From assembly GCA_018262975.1 (NCBI GenBank), contig JADFDG010000012.1, positions 10,099-74,098 on the forward strand: a stretch of DNA of 64,000 nucleotides, read 5' to 3'. The translations under genes were made by a program, and so were the position numbers. How positions within the stretch are numbered: position 1 is the stretch's first letter; the number at the start of each line of letters is the position of its first letter. Shown here one piece after another: positions 13,303 through 23,074 of this stretch. This DNA comes from Gammaproteobacteria bacterium (GTDB lineage: Bacteria > Pseudomonadota > Gammaproteobacteria > Pseudomonadales > JADFDG01). The notes below the pieces were generated by a model. The model did no database searches. It saw only the letters and a list, made by a program, of their open reading frames with translations, and was not told the origin of the DNA.

Positions 13303-13488
13303 GCCCCGTCACTTCCGACCCGACGACACACCGGGTCGGGCGCGCGGCCCGCCCTACGCGAGGAGCCCCACAGCGCAGCCCGACCGGAACCCCGCGAGTA
13401 CCATGGGGGTCATCCAGGACGAAGTGGCACCCCGGACGCCCCGCACCCCCTTGCACGGCAAGGACAAGACACGGCGCCCGGACAGGGT

Positions 13489-13514
13489 CCCGCCTGACGG
13501 CTGTGGCGGGTTTT
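13489..13514 (+). terminator. Terminator-like hairpin inside the rne leader (attenuator or sRNA 3' end?)
   Basis: cccgcc-tgacggctgt-ggcggg followed by tttt. Only a 6-bp GC stem with a 10-nt loop. Confidence 0.3.
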
Positions 13515-13863
13515 GCTGGAAATGAAGCCCTGAAGCCGGCGGTAATTTTCGAGACGTTCGTACCAGCGAACGCGCCCGGTGGTCACGCGATGTTGACCGG
13601 CCCGCTCCCGCCCCAGGCGGTGACGCCGATGGCCCGGCCCGTCCCTTCCCCCCGGTGCGCCGCGCAGCACGTACGTCCGACGAAGAGAAGGTCAAAGGAA
13701 CGGAAAGCGGCCATAGAGCCAGGCCGCTGCCAGTCGCGCCCGACGCATACCCTGCGAACGCCCGCGATTGTGCCGTGCCCCGGGCGCCAACGTGCGTCCG
13801 CGGCCCGCTGTTTTGCAGGACCCCGCGGCAATGCAGGGCTTCTCTGGGATAGGAGTTCTATCC

Positions 13864-16800
13864 GTGAAGAGAATGCTCATCAACGCGACGCACACGGAAG
13901 AAGTGCGTGTCGCCCTCGTCGACGGCCAGCGCCTGTACGATCTCGATATCGAGCACCGTGCGCGCGAGCAGAAGAAGGCCAACATCTATAAAGGCCGCAT
14001 CACCCGCGTCGAGCCGTCCCTCGAGGCCGCGTTCGTCGACTACGGCGCCGAGCGCCACGGCTTCCTGCCGCTCAAGGAAATCGCCCGCGAGTACTTCCAG
14101 AAGCAGGGTGGCGAAGGCCGCCTGAACATCAAGGAACTGATCCGCGAAGGCCAGGAAGTCATCGTCCAGGTCGAGAAGGAAGAGCGCGGCAACAAGGGTG
14201 CCGCCCTCTCCACCTTCATCTCGCTGGCCGGCCGCTACCTGGTGCTGATGCCCAACAACCCCCGCGCCGGCGGCATCTCCCGCCGCATCGAGGGCGAGGA
14301 ACGCGCCGAGCTCAAGCAGGCCCTGTCCTCCCTGAATCTGCCGGAAGACATGGGCGTGATCATCCGCACGGCCGGCCTCGGCCGCTCGCCGGAAGAGCTG
14401 CAGTGGGACCTGGACTACCTGATGCAGGCCTGGACCAGGATCAAGGAAGCCACCGACAGCCGTCCGGCGCCGTTCCTGGTCTACCAGGAAGGCAACGTCA
14501 TCGTCCGCGCCCTGCGTGACTACCTCAAGCAGGACATCGGCGAAGTGCTGATCGACAGCGAGGAAGCCTGGAACGAAGCCATCACCTTCGTGCGCATGGT
14601 CATGCCGCCGTTCGAGTCGCGCGTGAAGATGTACCGGGACAACGTCCCCCTCTTCAACCGCTACCAGATCGAAAGCCAGATCGAGACGGCCTACGAGCGC
14701 GAAGTGAAGCTGCCGTCCGGCGGCGCCATCGTGATCGACCAGACCGAGGCCCTGGTGTCCATCGACATCAACTCGGCGCGCGCCACCAAGGGCTCGGACA
14801 TCGAGGAGACGGCGTTCAACACCAACCTCGAGGCGGCCGACGAGATCGCCCGCCAGCTGCGCCTGCGCGACATCGGCGGCCTGATCGTCATCGACTTCAT
14901 CGACATGTCGTCGGTGAAGAACCAGCGCGAGGTCGAGAACCGCGTCCGTGACGCCACCGAATCGGACCGCGCCCGCATCCAGCTGGGCCGCATCTCCCGC
15001 TTCGGCCTGATGGAACTGTCGCGCCAGCGCCTGCGTCCGTCGCTGGAAGAGACCACCACCATCACCTGCCCGCGCTGCTCGGGCCTGGGCACCATCCGCA
15101 ACGTCAAGTCGCTGGCGCTGTCGGTGATGCGCATCATTGAAGAAGAGGTGATGAAGGACAAGACGGGCGAGATCCAGGCCCAGTTGCCGGTCGCCGTCGC
15201 CACCTACATCCTCAACGAGAAGCGCGCCCAGCTGCGTGACATCGAGAAGCGCCACAACGTCCGCCTGCTGGTGATCCCGAACCCCAACCTCGAGACGCCG
15301 CACTTCGACATCCAGCGCATCCGCAGCGACAAGCTGGCCGAGCGTGGCGACGTGCTCAGCTTCGAGCTGCCGCAGACGGCCGGTATCGTCGAGGCACCGG
15401 TGGTCGGTGACGACGCCGAACCGGTGCGTCGCGCCGAGCCGGCGGTGAAGATGACCGCACCGGAAACGCGCGCCCCGGCGTCGCGCCAGGAAGAGGTGGC
15501 AGCACCCGCCGCTGCCGCACCGGCTCCCGTGGTGGCGGCAGCGCCGACGCCGGGCGCCATCGAGCAACTCATCAACTGGCTGAAGGCGCTGTTCGGCGCC
15601 GGCCAGCCGGCCGCTCCCCAACCGGCAACGCCGACGCCTGCAGCCCGCCCGCAGGGCCAGCAGCAGCAACAGCGCCAGGGTGGCCGTGGCGACGGTCGTG
15701 GCGACCGTGGTCCGCGCGGTGATCGTGGCCAGCAAGGCCAGCGTGGTGGTGAGGGTCGTCGTGACGACGGCCGTCGCGGTGGCCAGCAGGGTCAGGGCCG
15801 TGACAACCGTGGCGAAGGTCGTGGCGAAGGTCGTGGCGAGAATCGCGGCGAAGGCCGTGGCGAAGGCCGTGGCGACCGCGACAATCGCGGGCAGCGTGAC
15901 AATCGCGGTGAAGGCCGCGGCGAGAACCGTGGTGAAGGCCGTGGCGAGCACCGCGGTGAGAACCGTGGCGAGCGCGGTCCGCGCCCGGAACGTGGCGAAG
16001 GCCGCGAGAACCGTGGCGAGCGCCCGCAGGGCCAGCAACCGCAGCGCGAGCCGCGGCCGCAGCAAGCCCCGCGCACCCCGGAAAGCGATGCCACCGGTGG
16101 CGATGCCAACCGGCCGGCACCGCGCCGCGACCGCAGTGGCCCGGTTCCGCCGCCGGCGCGCGTTGCCGCCACCGGCGACGAAGCCGCCCCGACCGGCGAC
16201 ATGTTTGCCGCCGGCGAAGGCACCGCGCCGCAGGCCGGCGAGCAGCGTGAAGGCGGCGGTCGCCGTCGTCGCCACCGTTCGCGTCGCCGCGAGCGCCAGG
16301 CCGAGCGCGAGCAGGACGGCGTTACCGTAGTTGATGCAGACGCCGGCGATGCAGGTGACGAAGTACCGGCATCGGTGTTCAGCGCGGCCCCGGCCACGCT
16401 GGCCACCAGTGACGCTGCTGATGCGACGCTGACCCCTGCCGTCACCCCGGCTTTCCCGCCGGCGACCCAACAGCCGCTGGCTGCCGCGCTGCACTCCAGC
16501 GCGTCGGAGCCGGTGGCCTACGAGGCACCGACGGCCGCCACCGAAGTCGTCGAGGCCGTGGAGGCCGCAACCGCCGAGGCACCGGCCGTGCTTGCGGCTG
16601 CCGCCAGCGCCGAAGTCGTTGCCGTGACCGCGGCTGCCGAACCGCAGCCGGCAGCGGCCGAGGTCGTCGCAGAGGTCATCGCGGACACTGCCACCGAAGC
16701 CCGCGAAGAGGCGGTTGCCGAAGTGCCTGTCGTCGCCAGCGCCGAACCGGCGATGGTCGATGACGGTCGCCCGCGCCGTGCAGCCAACGATCCGCGCGAG

Positions 16801-16872
16801 ATCCGTCGTCGCCAGCTCGAAGCCGAGCGCGCGGCGCAGGGTGCCGGCTCGACGAGCGATACCGGCGCCTGA
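13864..16872 (+). CDS. rne: Ribonuclease E
   Basis: GTG start gives [30 protein letters not shown], the canonical RNase E N-terminus. GGAG lies 10 nt upstream. The catalytic half is conserved; the C-terminal half is Arg/Gly/Glu- and Ala/Pro-rich. Confidence 0.93.
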   Translation: MKRMLINATHTEEVRVALVDGQRLYDLDIEHRAREQKKANIYKGRITRVEPSLEAAFVDYGAERHGFLPLKEIAREYFQKQGGEGRLNIKELIREGQEVIVQVEKEERGNKGAALSTFISLAGRYLVLMPNNPRAGGISRRIEGEERAELKQALSSLNLPEDMGVIIRTAGLGRSPEELQWDLDYLMQAWTRIKEATDSRPAPFLVYQEGNVIVRALRDYLKQDIGEVLIDSEEAWNEAITFVRMVMPPFESRVKMYRDNVPLFNRYQIESQIETAYEREVKLPSGGAIVIDQTEALVSIDINSARATKGSDIEETAFNTNLEAADEIARQLRLRDIGGLIVIDFIDMSSVKNQREVENRVRDATESDRARIQLGRISRFGLMELSRQRLRPSLEETTTITCPRCSGLGTIRNVKSLALSVMRIIEEEVMKDKTGEIQAQLPVAVATYILNEKRAQLRDIEKRHNVRLLVIPNPNLETPHFDIQRIRSDKLAERGDVLSFELPQTAGIVEAPVVGDDAEPVRRAEPAVKMTAPETRAPASRQEEVAAPAAAAPAPVVAAAPTPGAIEQLINWLKALFGAGQPAAPQPATPTPAARPQGQQQQQRQGGRGDGRGDRGPRGDRGQQGQRGGEGRRDDGRRGGQQGQGRDNRGEGRGEGRGENRGEGRGEGRGDRDNRGQRDNRGEGRGENRGEGRGEHRGENRGERGPRPERGEGRENRGERPQGQQPQREPRPQQAPRTPESDATGGDANRPAPRRDRSGPVPPPARVAATGDEAAPTGDMFAAGEGTAPQAGEQREGGGRRRRHRSRRRERQAEREQDGVTVVDADAGDAGDEVPASVFSAAPATLATSDAADATLTPAVTPAFPPATQQPLAAALHSSASEPVAYEAPTAATEVVEAVEAATAEAPAVLAAAASAEVVAVTAAAEPQPAAAEVVAEVIADTATEAREEAVAEVPVVASAEPAMVDDGRPRRAANDPREIRRRQLEAERAAQGAGSTSDTGA
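15671..16030 (+). repeat. 12-nt periodic coding repeat (R-G-E-G/N tetrapeptide units) within rne
   Basis: Translation reads ...[57 protein letters not shown]... The DNA units cgt/cgc-ggc/ggt-gaa/gag-ggc/aac differ at synonymous sites. Confidence 0.8.
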
Positions 16873-16886
16873 GGCCGGACGCACGC

Positions 16887-16915
16887 AAAAAAGGCGGGCC
16901 ATGCCCGCCTTTTTT
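16887..16915. terminator. Bidirectional intrinsic terminator between rne and murB
   Basis: aaaaaa-ggcggg-ccatg-cccgcc-tttttt, 15 nt after the rne stop. Confidence 0.85.
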
Positions 16916-16941
16916 GTGCCCGGAATTCACGCCCGCGCGAA

Positions 16942-17961
16942 CTAGAGCACCCGCGGCTCCATCTCCAGGGTGATGCCGTAACGCGCGCGAACGTCATCGA
17001 CGATGCGCGCCGCAAGGCCCAGCACTTCTTCCCCGCGCGCGCCGCCGCGATTCACCAGCACCAGTGCCTGGCTGTCATGCACACCCACGGCACCGGCACG
17101 GTGCCCTTTCCAGCCGGCCCGATCGATCAGCCACCCGGCCGCCACTTTCACATCGCCGCCAGCCTGCGGGTAACCCACGACATCCGGGAAGCGCTCACGC
17201 AACTGCGCGAACTGTTGCGCGCTCACCAGCGGGTTCTTGAAGAAACTGCCAGCGTTGCCGATCTGTGCCGGGTCCGGCAACTTGCGCCGGCGGATGGCAC
17301 AGACCATGTCATAAACCAGCTGGCGCGTGGCCGGCGGATTGCCACGCGCCGCGAGTTCCTCGCGCAGGTCACGATAATCCAGCGCCAGCGGCGCATCGGT
17401 GGCCAGGTCGAGGTGCACGGTGGTGATCGCCAGATTGGAGGCCTCGTGCTTGAAAACACTGTCGCGATAACCGAAGCGGCATTCCGTGCGCGACAAGGTG
17501 CGCGTTTCACCGCTGTGCAAGTCCACGGTATCCACAGCGTGCAACACGGACTCCAGCTCCACGCCATAGGCGCCGATGTTCTGCACCGGCGCCGCCCCGA
17601 CCGTGCCGGGAATCAGGGCAAGATTCTCGATGCCGCCCAGGCCGGCCGCCACGCACTCGGTCACCAGCGCGTGCCAGGCCAGGCCGGCGTCGGCAACGAT
17701 GCGCACGCGATTACCGTCGCGCAGTGCCTCGTGCCAGGCCCCGGCACGCAGGCGAATGACCAAGGCCTCGACCTCGCCGCCGCTCAGCACCAGGTTGCTG
17801 CCACCGCCGAGCATGATGCGCGGCAACCCCGCGAAACGCGGATCACGGGCCAGCTGCGCGATGTCCACGGCGCCGTCGACCTCGGCAAGCCAGCGCGCCG
17901 TGCCTGGCAGGCCGAAGGTATTGAGTGCCGCGAGTCCGGCATGTTCGTGCAACGTGATCAC
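16942..17961 (-). CDS. murB: UDP-N-acetylenolpyruvoylglucosamine reductase
   Basis: 339 aa. FAD-binding GGGSNL motif and MurB C-terminal domain (GNAGSFFKNP). Confidence 0.93.
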   Translation of the reverse strand: MITLHEHAGLAALNTFGLPGTARWLAEVDGAVDIAQLARDPRFAGLPRIMLGGGSNLVLSGGEVEALVIRLRAGAWHEALRDGNRVRIVADAGLAWHALVTECVAAGLGGIENLALIPGTVGAAPVQNIGAYGVELESVLHAVDTVDLHSGETRTLSRTECRFGYRDSVFKHEASNLAITTVHLDLATDAPLALDYRDLREELAARGNPPATRQLVYDMVCAIRRRKLPDPAQIGNAGSFFKNPLVSAQQFAQLRERFPDVVGYPQAGGDVKVAAGWLIDRAGWKGHRAGAVGVHDSQALVLVNRGGARGEEVLGLAARIVDDVRARYGITLEMEPRVL

Positions 17962-18434
17962 GGCAATCGCCCCCGCAGCTCTTCCAGCAGGCCTGCACCG
18001 GCTGCTTCCAGCAGCTCCAGCACCTGCGCAAAACCCTCCGGCCCGCCGTAATAGGGATCGGGCACCTCGCGCAACGCGGCCGCCGGTGCGAAATCCAGCG
18101 CCAGTGCGAGCCGCGCACGTCCGCCTGCCGGCTGCATGCGTTGCAGTACCGCGAGGTTTTCGCGATCCATCGCCAGCAGGTAATCGAAGTCGCTGAAGTC
18201 GCCGGCATGCACCCGGCGGGCGCGCAGCGCCGACAGGTCGTAACCGCGTTGGCGTGCGGCGGCCTGCGCGCGAGCGTCAGGGGCCTTGCCAAGGTGCCAG
18301 GCACCGGTGCCGGCGCTGTCGATGCGCACGCGCGCGGCAAGCCCTGCGTCAGCCACCTGCCGGCGGAACACTGCCTCGGCGGTCGGCGAACGGCAGATAT
18401 TGCCCAGGCAAACGAACAACACGCCCACCGACAT
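17958..18434 (-). CDS. ptpA: Low-molecular-weight protein-tyrosine phosphatase
   Basis: Internal start [22 protein letters not shown] (CX5R(S/T) P-loop), DPYYG motif. Its ATG shares a base with the kdsB TGA. Confidence 0.85.
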   Translation of the reverse strand: MSVGVLFVCLGNICRSPTAEAVFRRQVADAGLAARVRIDSAGTGAWHLGKAPDARAQAAARQRGYDLSALRARRVHAGDFSDFDYLLAMDRENLAVLQRMQPAGGRARLALALDFAPAAALREVPDPYYGGPEGFAQVLELLEAAGAGLLEELRGRLP

Positions 18435-19204
18435 CAGGCAGCACCGAAATGGCGACGCACGCGCTCGAGGTCTTCCGGGGTATCCACGCCGCCCGGCGCG
18501 TTCTCTGCCGCCACCGCCACGTGCATGGCATGCCCCTTGTAGAGGATGCGCAACTGTTCGAGTGCCTCGGTATTTTCCAGCGCACAGGCACCCCAGCCCA
18601 CGAAGGCGCGCAGCAGCGACACGCGGTAGGCATAGATGCCGATGTGGCGGTGGTACATGGCGGCGACGGCCGTCGGCAAGGAACCCGGCGCGAGTTTCGC
18701 GTAGGCATCGCGATCCCACGGGATGACCGCGCGCGAGAAATACATCGCCACGCCGTCCTCGCGCATCACCACCTTGACGATGTTCGGGTTGAACACGTCG
18801 GCCGGCGACGCCAGTGGCTCGCACAGGGTCGCTGCACTGCAACCGGGATTGGCCGCCAGATTCGCGGCGACCTGGTCGATGTTCTGCGGCGGGATCAGCG
18901 GCTCGTCACCCTGCACGTTCACCACGATCTCGTCGGGGCCGTAGCCCATCAGGCGGGCGACTTCCTCGATGCGGTCGGTGCCCGACGGGTGCGCCGCAGC
19001 GGTCATGCAGACCTTGCCACCGAAGGCACGCACGGCTTCGGCCACGCGATCATCATCGGTCGCCACCACCACCTCGCGCGCGCCGCTTTTCTGCGCCTGC
19101 CGGTAGACACGCTCGATCATCGTCTGGCCGGCGATGTCGGCCAGCGGCTTGCCCGGCAGGCGGCTCGAAGCAAAACGGGCAGGAATGACCACGACAAAAC
19201 TCAT
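18434..19204 (-). CDS. kdsB: 3-deoxy-manno-octulosonate cytidylyltransferase
   Basis: 256 aa. [21 protein letters not shown]-terminus, VNVQGDEPL motif. Confidence 0.93.
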   Translation of the reverse strand: MSFVVVIPARFASSRLPGKPLADIAGQTMIERVYRQAQKSGAREVVVATDDDRVAEAVRAFGGKVCMTAAAHPSGTDRIEEVARLMGYGPDEIVVNVQGDEPLIPPQNIDQVAANLAANPGCSAATLCEPLASPADVFNPNIVKVVMREDGVAMYFSRAVIPWDRDAYAKLAPGSLPTAVAAMYHRHIGIYAYRVSLLRAFVGWGACALENTEALEQLRILYKGHAMHVAVAAENAPGGVDTPEDLERVRRHFGAA

Positions 19205-20214
19205 CGGCTTTTCTCCGTCAGGGCCAGGCGGTCGAGCAACGCCGGCAGGAAGTCATCGGGCAGGCAGGCCTCGATCTCGAGGTACCAGTCATCATCGCCG
19301 GCGAACGCAGCGCACTTGGCGGCGTCCTTCTCCGTCATCAACAGCGGCCGGCGGCCGATGGCCGCCAGGTCCGCGGGCGTGAACGCGTGGTGATCGGGAA
19401 ACGGGTGGGCATCCACGTCGAAACCGAGCGACTGCAAGGTGGCAAAGAAGCGCGCCGGATCACCGATGCCCGCCAGCGCCGGGACCCGGCGACCGTGGGC
19501 GGCCATGAACTCCTCCACGCCGACCCGGCGCGCGGGATCCCGCACGGCGCGCACCGCGGTCGCACGGAACTGCATGGGCCATGCGGGCGTGGCGGCAGGA
19601 CTGGCAGCGCGATCCGCGCCGGCGCCATTGGCAACCACGAAATCCACCGTACGCAGGCGGGAAGCCGGTTCGCGCAACGGCCCCACCGGCAGCAGTTGCC
19701 CGTTACCCAGTCCGCGACGGGCATCGATCACGGCGATTTCCACCGTGCGCGGCAACCGGTAGTGCTGCAGGCCATCGTCGGCAATCGCCAGCTCAACCCC
19801 GCGCGCCTGCAGGCGCGCCAGCGCACGCCGGCGATCGGGGTCCACCACCACCGGCACGCCGGCGCGCCGCGCCAGCAACGCCGGCTCGTCACCACAGGCC
19901 GATGGCGAGGTGTCGGCAGAGACGTCCAGGGGAAATGGACCGCGGCCACCGTAACCACGCGAAATGACCCCGACGCGCACACCGCGGCGACGCAGGACAT
20001 CGACCAGCCACAGCACCAGCGGCGTCTTGCCACTGCCGCCTACGGTGATATTGCCGACCACGATCACCGGCAGTTCCGGTGCACCACGCTCGCGACGGGC
20101 ACGCCGCCAGGCAACCGCCAGGCGCACCAGCAGTGAAAGGGGCCACAACAGCCAGAGCACGCCGGCATGGCCGTACCAGCGCGCGAGCAACCAGCGCTCC
20201 AGCCGCGCGCGCAC
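19201..20214 (-). CDS. lpxK: Tetraacyldisaccharide 4'-kinase
   Basis: [19 protein letters not shown]-loop. The GTG at 20214 ([15 protein letters not shown]) lies 4 nt after the msbA stop and is preferred over the ATG at 20286, which would overlap msbA by 68 nt. Start uncertain. Confidence 0.8.
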   Translation of the reverse strand: MRARLERWLLARWYGHAGVLWLLWPLSLLVRLAVAWRRARRERGAPELPVIVVGNITVGGSGKTPLVLWLVDVLRRRGVRVGVISRGYGGRGPFPLDVSADTSPSACGDEPALLARRAGVPVVVDPDRRRALARLQARGVELAIADDGLQHYRLPRTVEIAVIDARRGLGNGQLLPVGPLREPASRLRTVDFVVANGAGADRAASPAATPAWPMQFRATAVRAVRDPARRVGVEEFMAAHGRRVPALAGIGDPARFFATLQSLGFDVDAHPFPDHHAFTPADLAAIGRRPLLMTEKDAAKCAAFAGDDDWYLEIEACLPDDFLPALLDRLALTEKSR

Positions 20215-20218
20215 CGGC

Positions 20219-21997
20219 TCAGCTCTCCGGCGCGTCGTCGCTGAAGTGCCGCCGGTGCAGCCGCGCGTAGTGTCCGTCGCGGGCAATCAGTTCGGCGTGC
20301 GAGCCCTGTTCCACCACCCGCCCCTCGTCCATCACCAGGATCAGGTCGGCGCGCTCGATGGTGGACAGGCGGTGCGCGACCACGAAGGTCGTGCGGTTCT
20401 TCATCAGGCGCTCCAGCGCATTCTGGATATGCAGTTCCGACTCGTTGTCGAGCGCACTGGTGGCCTCGTCGAGGATCAGCACCGGCGCATCCTTGAGCAG
20501 CGCGCGCGCAATCGCCAGGCGCTGGCGCTGACCGCCGGACAACTGCGTGCCGTCGTGGCCGATGCGGGTATCGAAGCCCTGCGGCAACTTCTCGATGAAA
20601 CCGCGCGCATTGGCTGCCTCCGCCGCGGCGACGACCTCCTCGCGACTGGCGCCGGCCATTTCACCGTAGGCGATGTTGGCCGCGACGGTGTCGTCGAACA
20701 GTGTCACGCGCTGGTAGACCACCGACACCTGGCGGCGCAGCGCCGTCACGCTGTAGTCATTGAGCGGAACGCCATCGAGGAGGATCTCGCCTTCCGTCGC
20801 GTCATAGAAGCGCGGCAGCAGGCTGACCAAGGTGGTCTTGCCACCGCCGGAACGTCCGACCAGCGCGACGTTGGTACCCGCGGGGATGCGCAGGTCAATG
20901 CCATGCAGGACATCTTCGTCCTTGCCCGGGTAGCGAAAATGCACGCCGCGGAACTCGATGTCGCCACGGACTCGCTCCGGGGCATGGCTGCCACCCTGCG
21001 GCTCCGGCGCCACGTCGATCAGCGAGAAGATCGACTGGGCGGCAGATACGCCGCGCTGGATCTTCTCGTTGATGTCCGTGAGGGTGCGTGCGGGCTTGAC
21101 CAGCACGCCGAGGGCGGTGAGGTAGGCGATGAAATCACCGGCGGTCATGCTGCCCATGATCGACGGATGCAGGGCCAGCCAGATGATGATGCCCAGCGGA
21201 ATCGACAGGATGACCTGGATGGCCGGCGTGTTGATGGCGCGGGTCACCACCATCTTCATGCTCTGCCGCAGGTTGTAACGGCTCACTGCGTCGAAGCGCT
21301 GCTTCTCGAAGGACTGCCCGCCGAAGATCTTGACCACCTGGGCGGCATTGATGGCCTCGGAGGCGACGTGCGTGACATCACCCACCGATCCCTGCAAGCG
21401 GCGGCTGATGGTGCGGAAACGGTTGCTGGCGGCGCGCACGAGCAGCCCGATCAGCGGCAACACGAACAGGATGATCAGGGTGAGCTTCCAGTTCTGCCAG
21501 AACAGGTAGCCCAGCAAAGCGATGACGGTCAGGCCTTCCTTGAGCAGCACCTTGATCGAATCGGTGGCGGCGGAGGTCACCTGCTCCACGTCGTAGGTCA
21601 GCTTGGCGACGAGGTGGCCGGAAGTCTGCGTCGCGTAGAACTGCGTGGGCAGCGACAGCATGCGCTCGAACATCTCGGTGCGCAGCGCGTGGACCACGCT
21701 GCGCGCGGCGTAGGAAACACCGTAATCGCCGATGAACGAACCAACGCCGCGCAGGACGAACAGCAGCACCATGCCAACCGGGATGATGACGCGCAGGTCC
21801 TCGGCCACCGTGCCGCCCTTGATGGAGTCGACCACGAAGCCGGTGTAGGCGGCGGCGCCGGCCTCGGTGGCGGCAAACATCAGGTAGCCGACAATGCCGG
21901 CGGCAAACGCATACCAGTAGCGGGCGGTGTAGCCGAGCAGGCGCCGGTAGGTGGCGACGCCACCGGCCTGCGCCGCCAGCGAAGGAGCATCGCTCAT
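20219..21997 (-). CDS. msbA: Lipid A export ABC transporter permease/ATPase MsbA
   Basis: 592 aa. Six-TM ABC exporter domain, then GRSGGGKTT Walker A, LSGGQRQR signature and ILDEATSALD Walker B. Confidence 0.9.
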   Translation of the reverse strand: MSDAPSLAAQAGGVATYRRLLGYTARYWYAFAAGIVGYLMFAATEAGAAAYTGFVVDSIKGGTVAEDLRVIIPVGMVLLFVLRGVGSFIGDYGVSYAARSVVHALRTEMFERMLSLPTQFYATQTSGHLVAKLTYDVEQVTSAATDSIKVLLKEGLTVIALLGYLFWQNWKLTLIILFVLPLIGLLVRAASNRFRTISRRLQGSVGDVTHVASEAINAAQVVKIFGGQSFEKQRFDAVSRYNLRQSMKMVVTRAINTPAIQVILSIPLGIIIWLALHPSIMGSMTAGDFIAYLTALGVLVKPARTLTDINEKIQRGVSAAQSIFSLIDVAPEPQGGSHAPERVRGDIEFRGVHFRYPGKDEDVLHGIDLRIPAGTNVALVGRSGGGKTTLVSLLPRFYDATEGEILLDGVPLNDYSVTALRRQVSVVYQRVTLFDDTVAANIAYGEMAGASREEVVAAAEAANARGFIEKLPQGFDTRIGHDGTQLSGGQRQRLAIARALLKDAPVLILDEATSALDNESELHIQNALERLMKNRTTFVVAHRLSTIERADLILVMDEGRVVEQGSHAELIARDGHYARLHRRHFSDDAPES

Positions 21998-22413
21998 CGG
22001 CGCGCCGGCTCCCGGGTCACGATACTCACGTTGACGATGCCCACTTCGCCGGCCACGTCCATGACCGTCACCACCGACTGGTGGGTGGCCTTGGCATCGG
22101 CGGTGAGGAAGAACGGCACGTCCTTGCGGCCATCAGCGGCAGCAGCGATGGCCGCGCGCAGGGTGGCACGCTCGGCATTGACCAGCGGCTGGCCGTTCAC
22201 GGCGTATTCGCCGGACTCCGATACCGACACCTCGATGGTGTTCGAGGCCGCCACTGGCGCCTGCCCGCTGGCCTCCGGCAAGTCGATGCCGAGGCGGGTC
22301 TCCTTGGTGAAGGTGGTGGCAACGGCAAAGAAGATCAGCAACAGGAACACCGCGTCGATCAGCGGCGTCATGTCCAGCGTGACTTCATCGCGCTTGCGCT
22401 TGCGGAATTTCAC
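21994..22413 (-). CDS. exbD: ExbD/TolR-family biopolymer transport protein
   Basis: 139 aa. LDMTPLIDAVFLLLIFF TM motif. Confidence 0.88.
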   Translation of the reverse strand: MKFRKRKRDEVTLDMTPLIDAVFLLLIFFAVATTFTKETRLGIDLPEASGQAPVAASNTIEVSVSESGEYAVNGQPLVNAERATLRAAIAAAADGRKDVPFFLTADAKATHQSVVTVMDVAGEVGIVNVSIVTREPARR

Positions 22414-23042
22414 GCGCTCTCCTTCATCACGTCGCTGCCGCGCTCGGCGGTCAGCGCATCGACGAGGCGGATCGCCTCCTGCTCCATCGCCACCGTCAGC
22501 TCATCGATGCGGCGGGTGAACCAGCGGTGGAAGAACAGCGCGGGGATGGCCACGACGAGGCCTGCCGCCGTGGTGATCAGCGCCATCGATATGCCGTGTG
22601 CCAGGGCGGCCGGCTCGCCGCTGCCGCGCAAGGCAACGACGTTGAAGACTTCGATCATGCCGAGCACGGTGCCTAGCAGGCCGAGCAGCGGCGACAACGC
22701 CGCCACGGTGCCCAGCGTGCTGAGGAAACGTTCCATTTCGTGCACGACGTGCCCGCCGGCATCCTCGATGCTCTCCTTCATCACCTCGCGCCCGTGGCGG
22801 GCATTGGCAATGCCAGCGGCGAGAATGAAACCCAGCGGGGAATCCTCGCGCAGCGCCTTGAGCTGGTCGCGGCTGAACTTGCCGTCGCGGATCTGCTGCC
22901 AGACCCGGCCGGCGAGTCCCGGCGGCGCGATGCGCGACGCCCGCAGCGTCCAGAAGCGTTCAATGACGATGGCCAGCGCGATGACGGAGCCCGCGATGAT
23001 GGGCCACATGACCCAACCGCCGGCCTGGATGATTTCCAGCAC
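22410..23042 (-). CDS. exbB: MotA/TolQ/ExbB proton channel protein
   Basis: GTG start gives (M)LEIIQAGGWVMWPIIAGSVIALAIVIERF, with GGAG 10 nt upstream. C-terminal LGLLGTVLGMI motif. Confidence 0.85.
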   Translation of the reverse strand: MLEIIQAGGWVMWPIIAGSVIALAIVIERFWTLRASRIAPPGLAGRVWQQIRDGKFSRDQLKALREDSPLGFILAAGIANARHGREVMKESIEDAGGHVVHEMERFLSTLGTVAALSPLLGLLGTVLGMIEVFNVVALRGSGEPAALAHGISMALITTAAGLVVAIPALFFHRWFTRRIDELTVAMEQEAIRLVDALTAERGSDVMKESA

Positions 23043-23074
23043 GGGGAATGCACTCCTGGAGGGAAAACGCGCGG

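Noticed and set aside
13386-13520. Reading the GGA-rich part of the rne leader as an RsmY/RsmZ-type CsrA-sponge sRNA.
   Set aside because: Six GGA triplets in ~135 nt is not clearly above expectation for this base composition. I found no GacA-type upstream palindrome (TGTAAG-N6-CTTACA), and the terminator is weak. I kept it only as one alternative under the rne-leader finding.
13858-16902. 1014-aa ORF antisense to rne, plus many other long antisense or out-of-frame ORFs (for example 905-2650, 19964-22519, 28221-30134, 32524-34815, 44883-46907, 54614-56404).
   Set aside because: Their translations are Arg/Ala/Gly/His-rich filler with no motifs. They mirror bona fide genes on the other strand. 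Long stop-free antisense frames are expected at this GC content.
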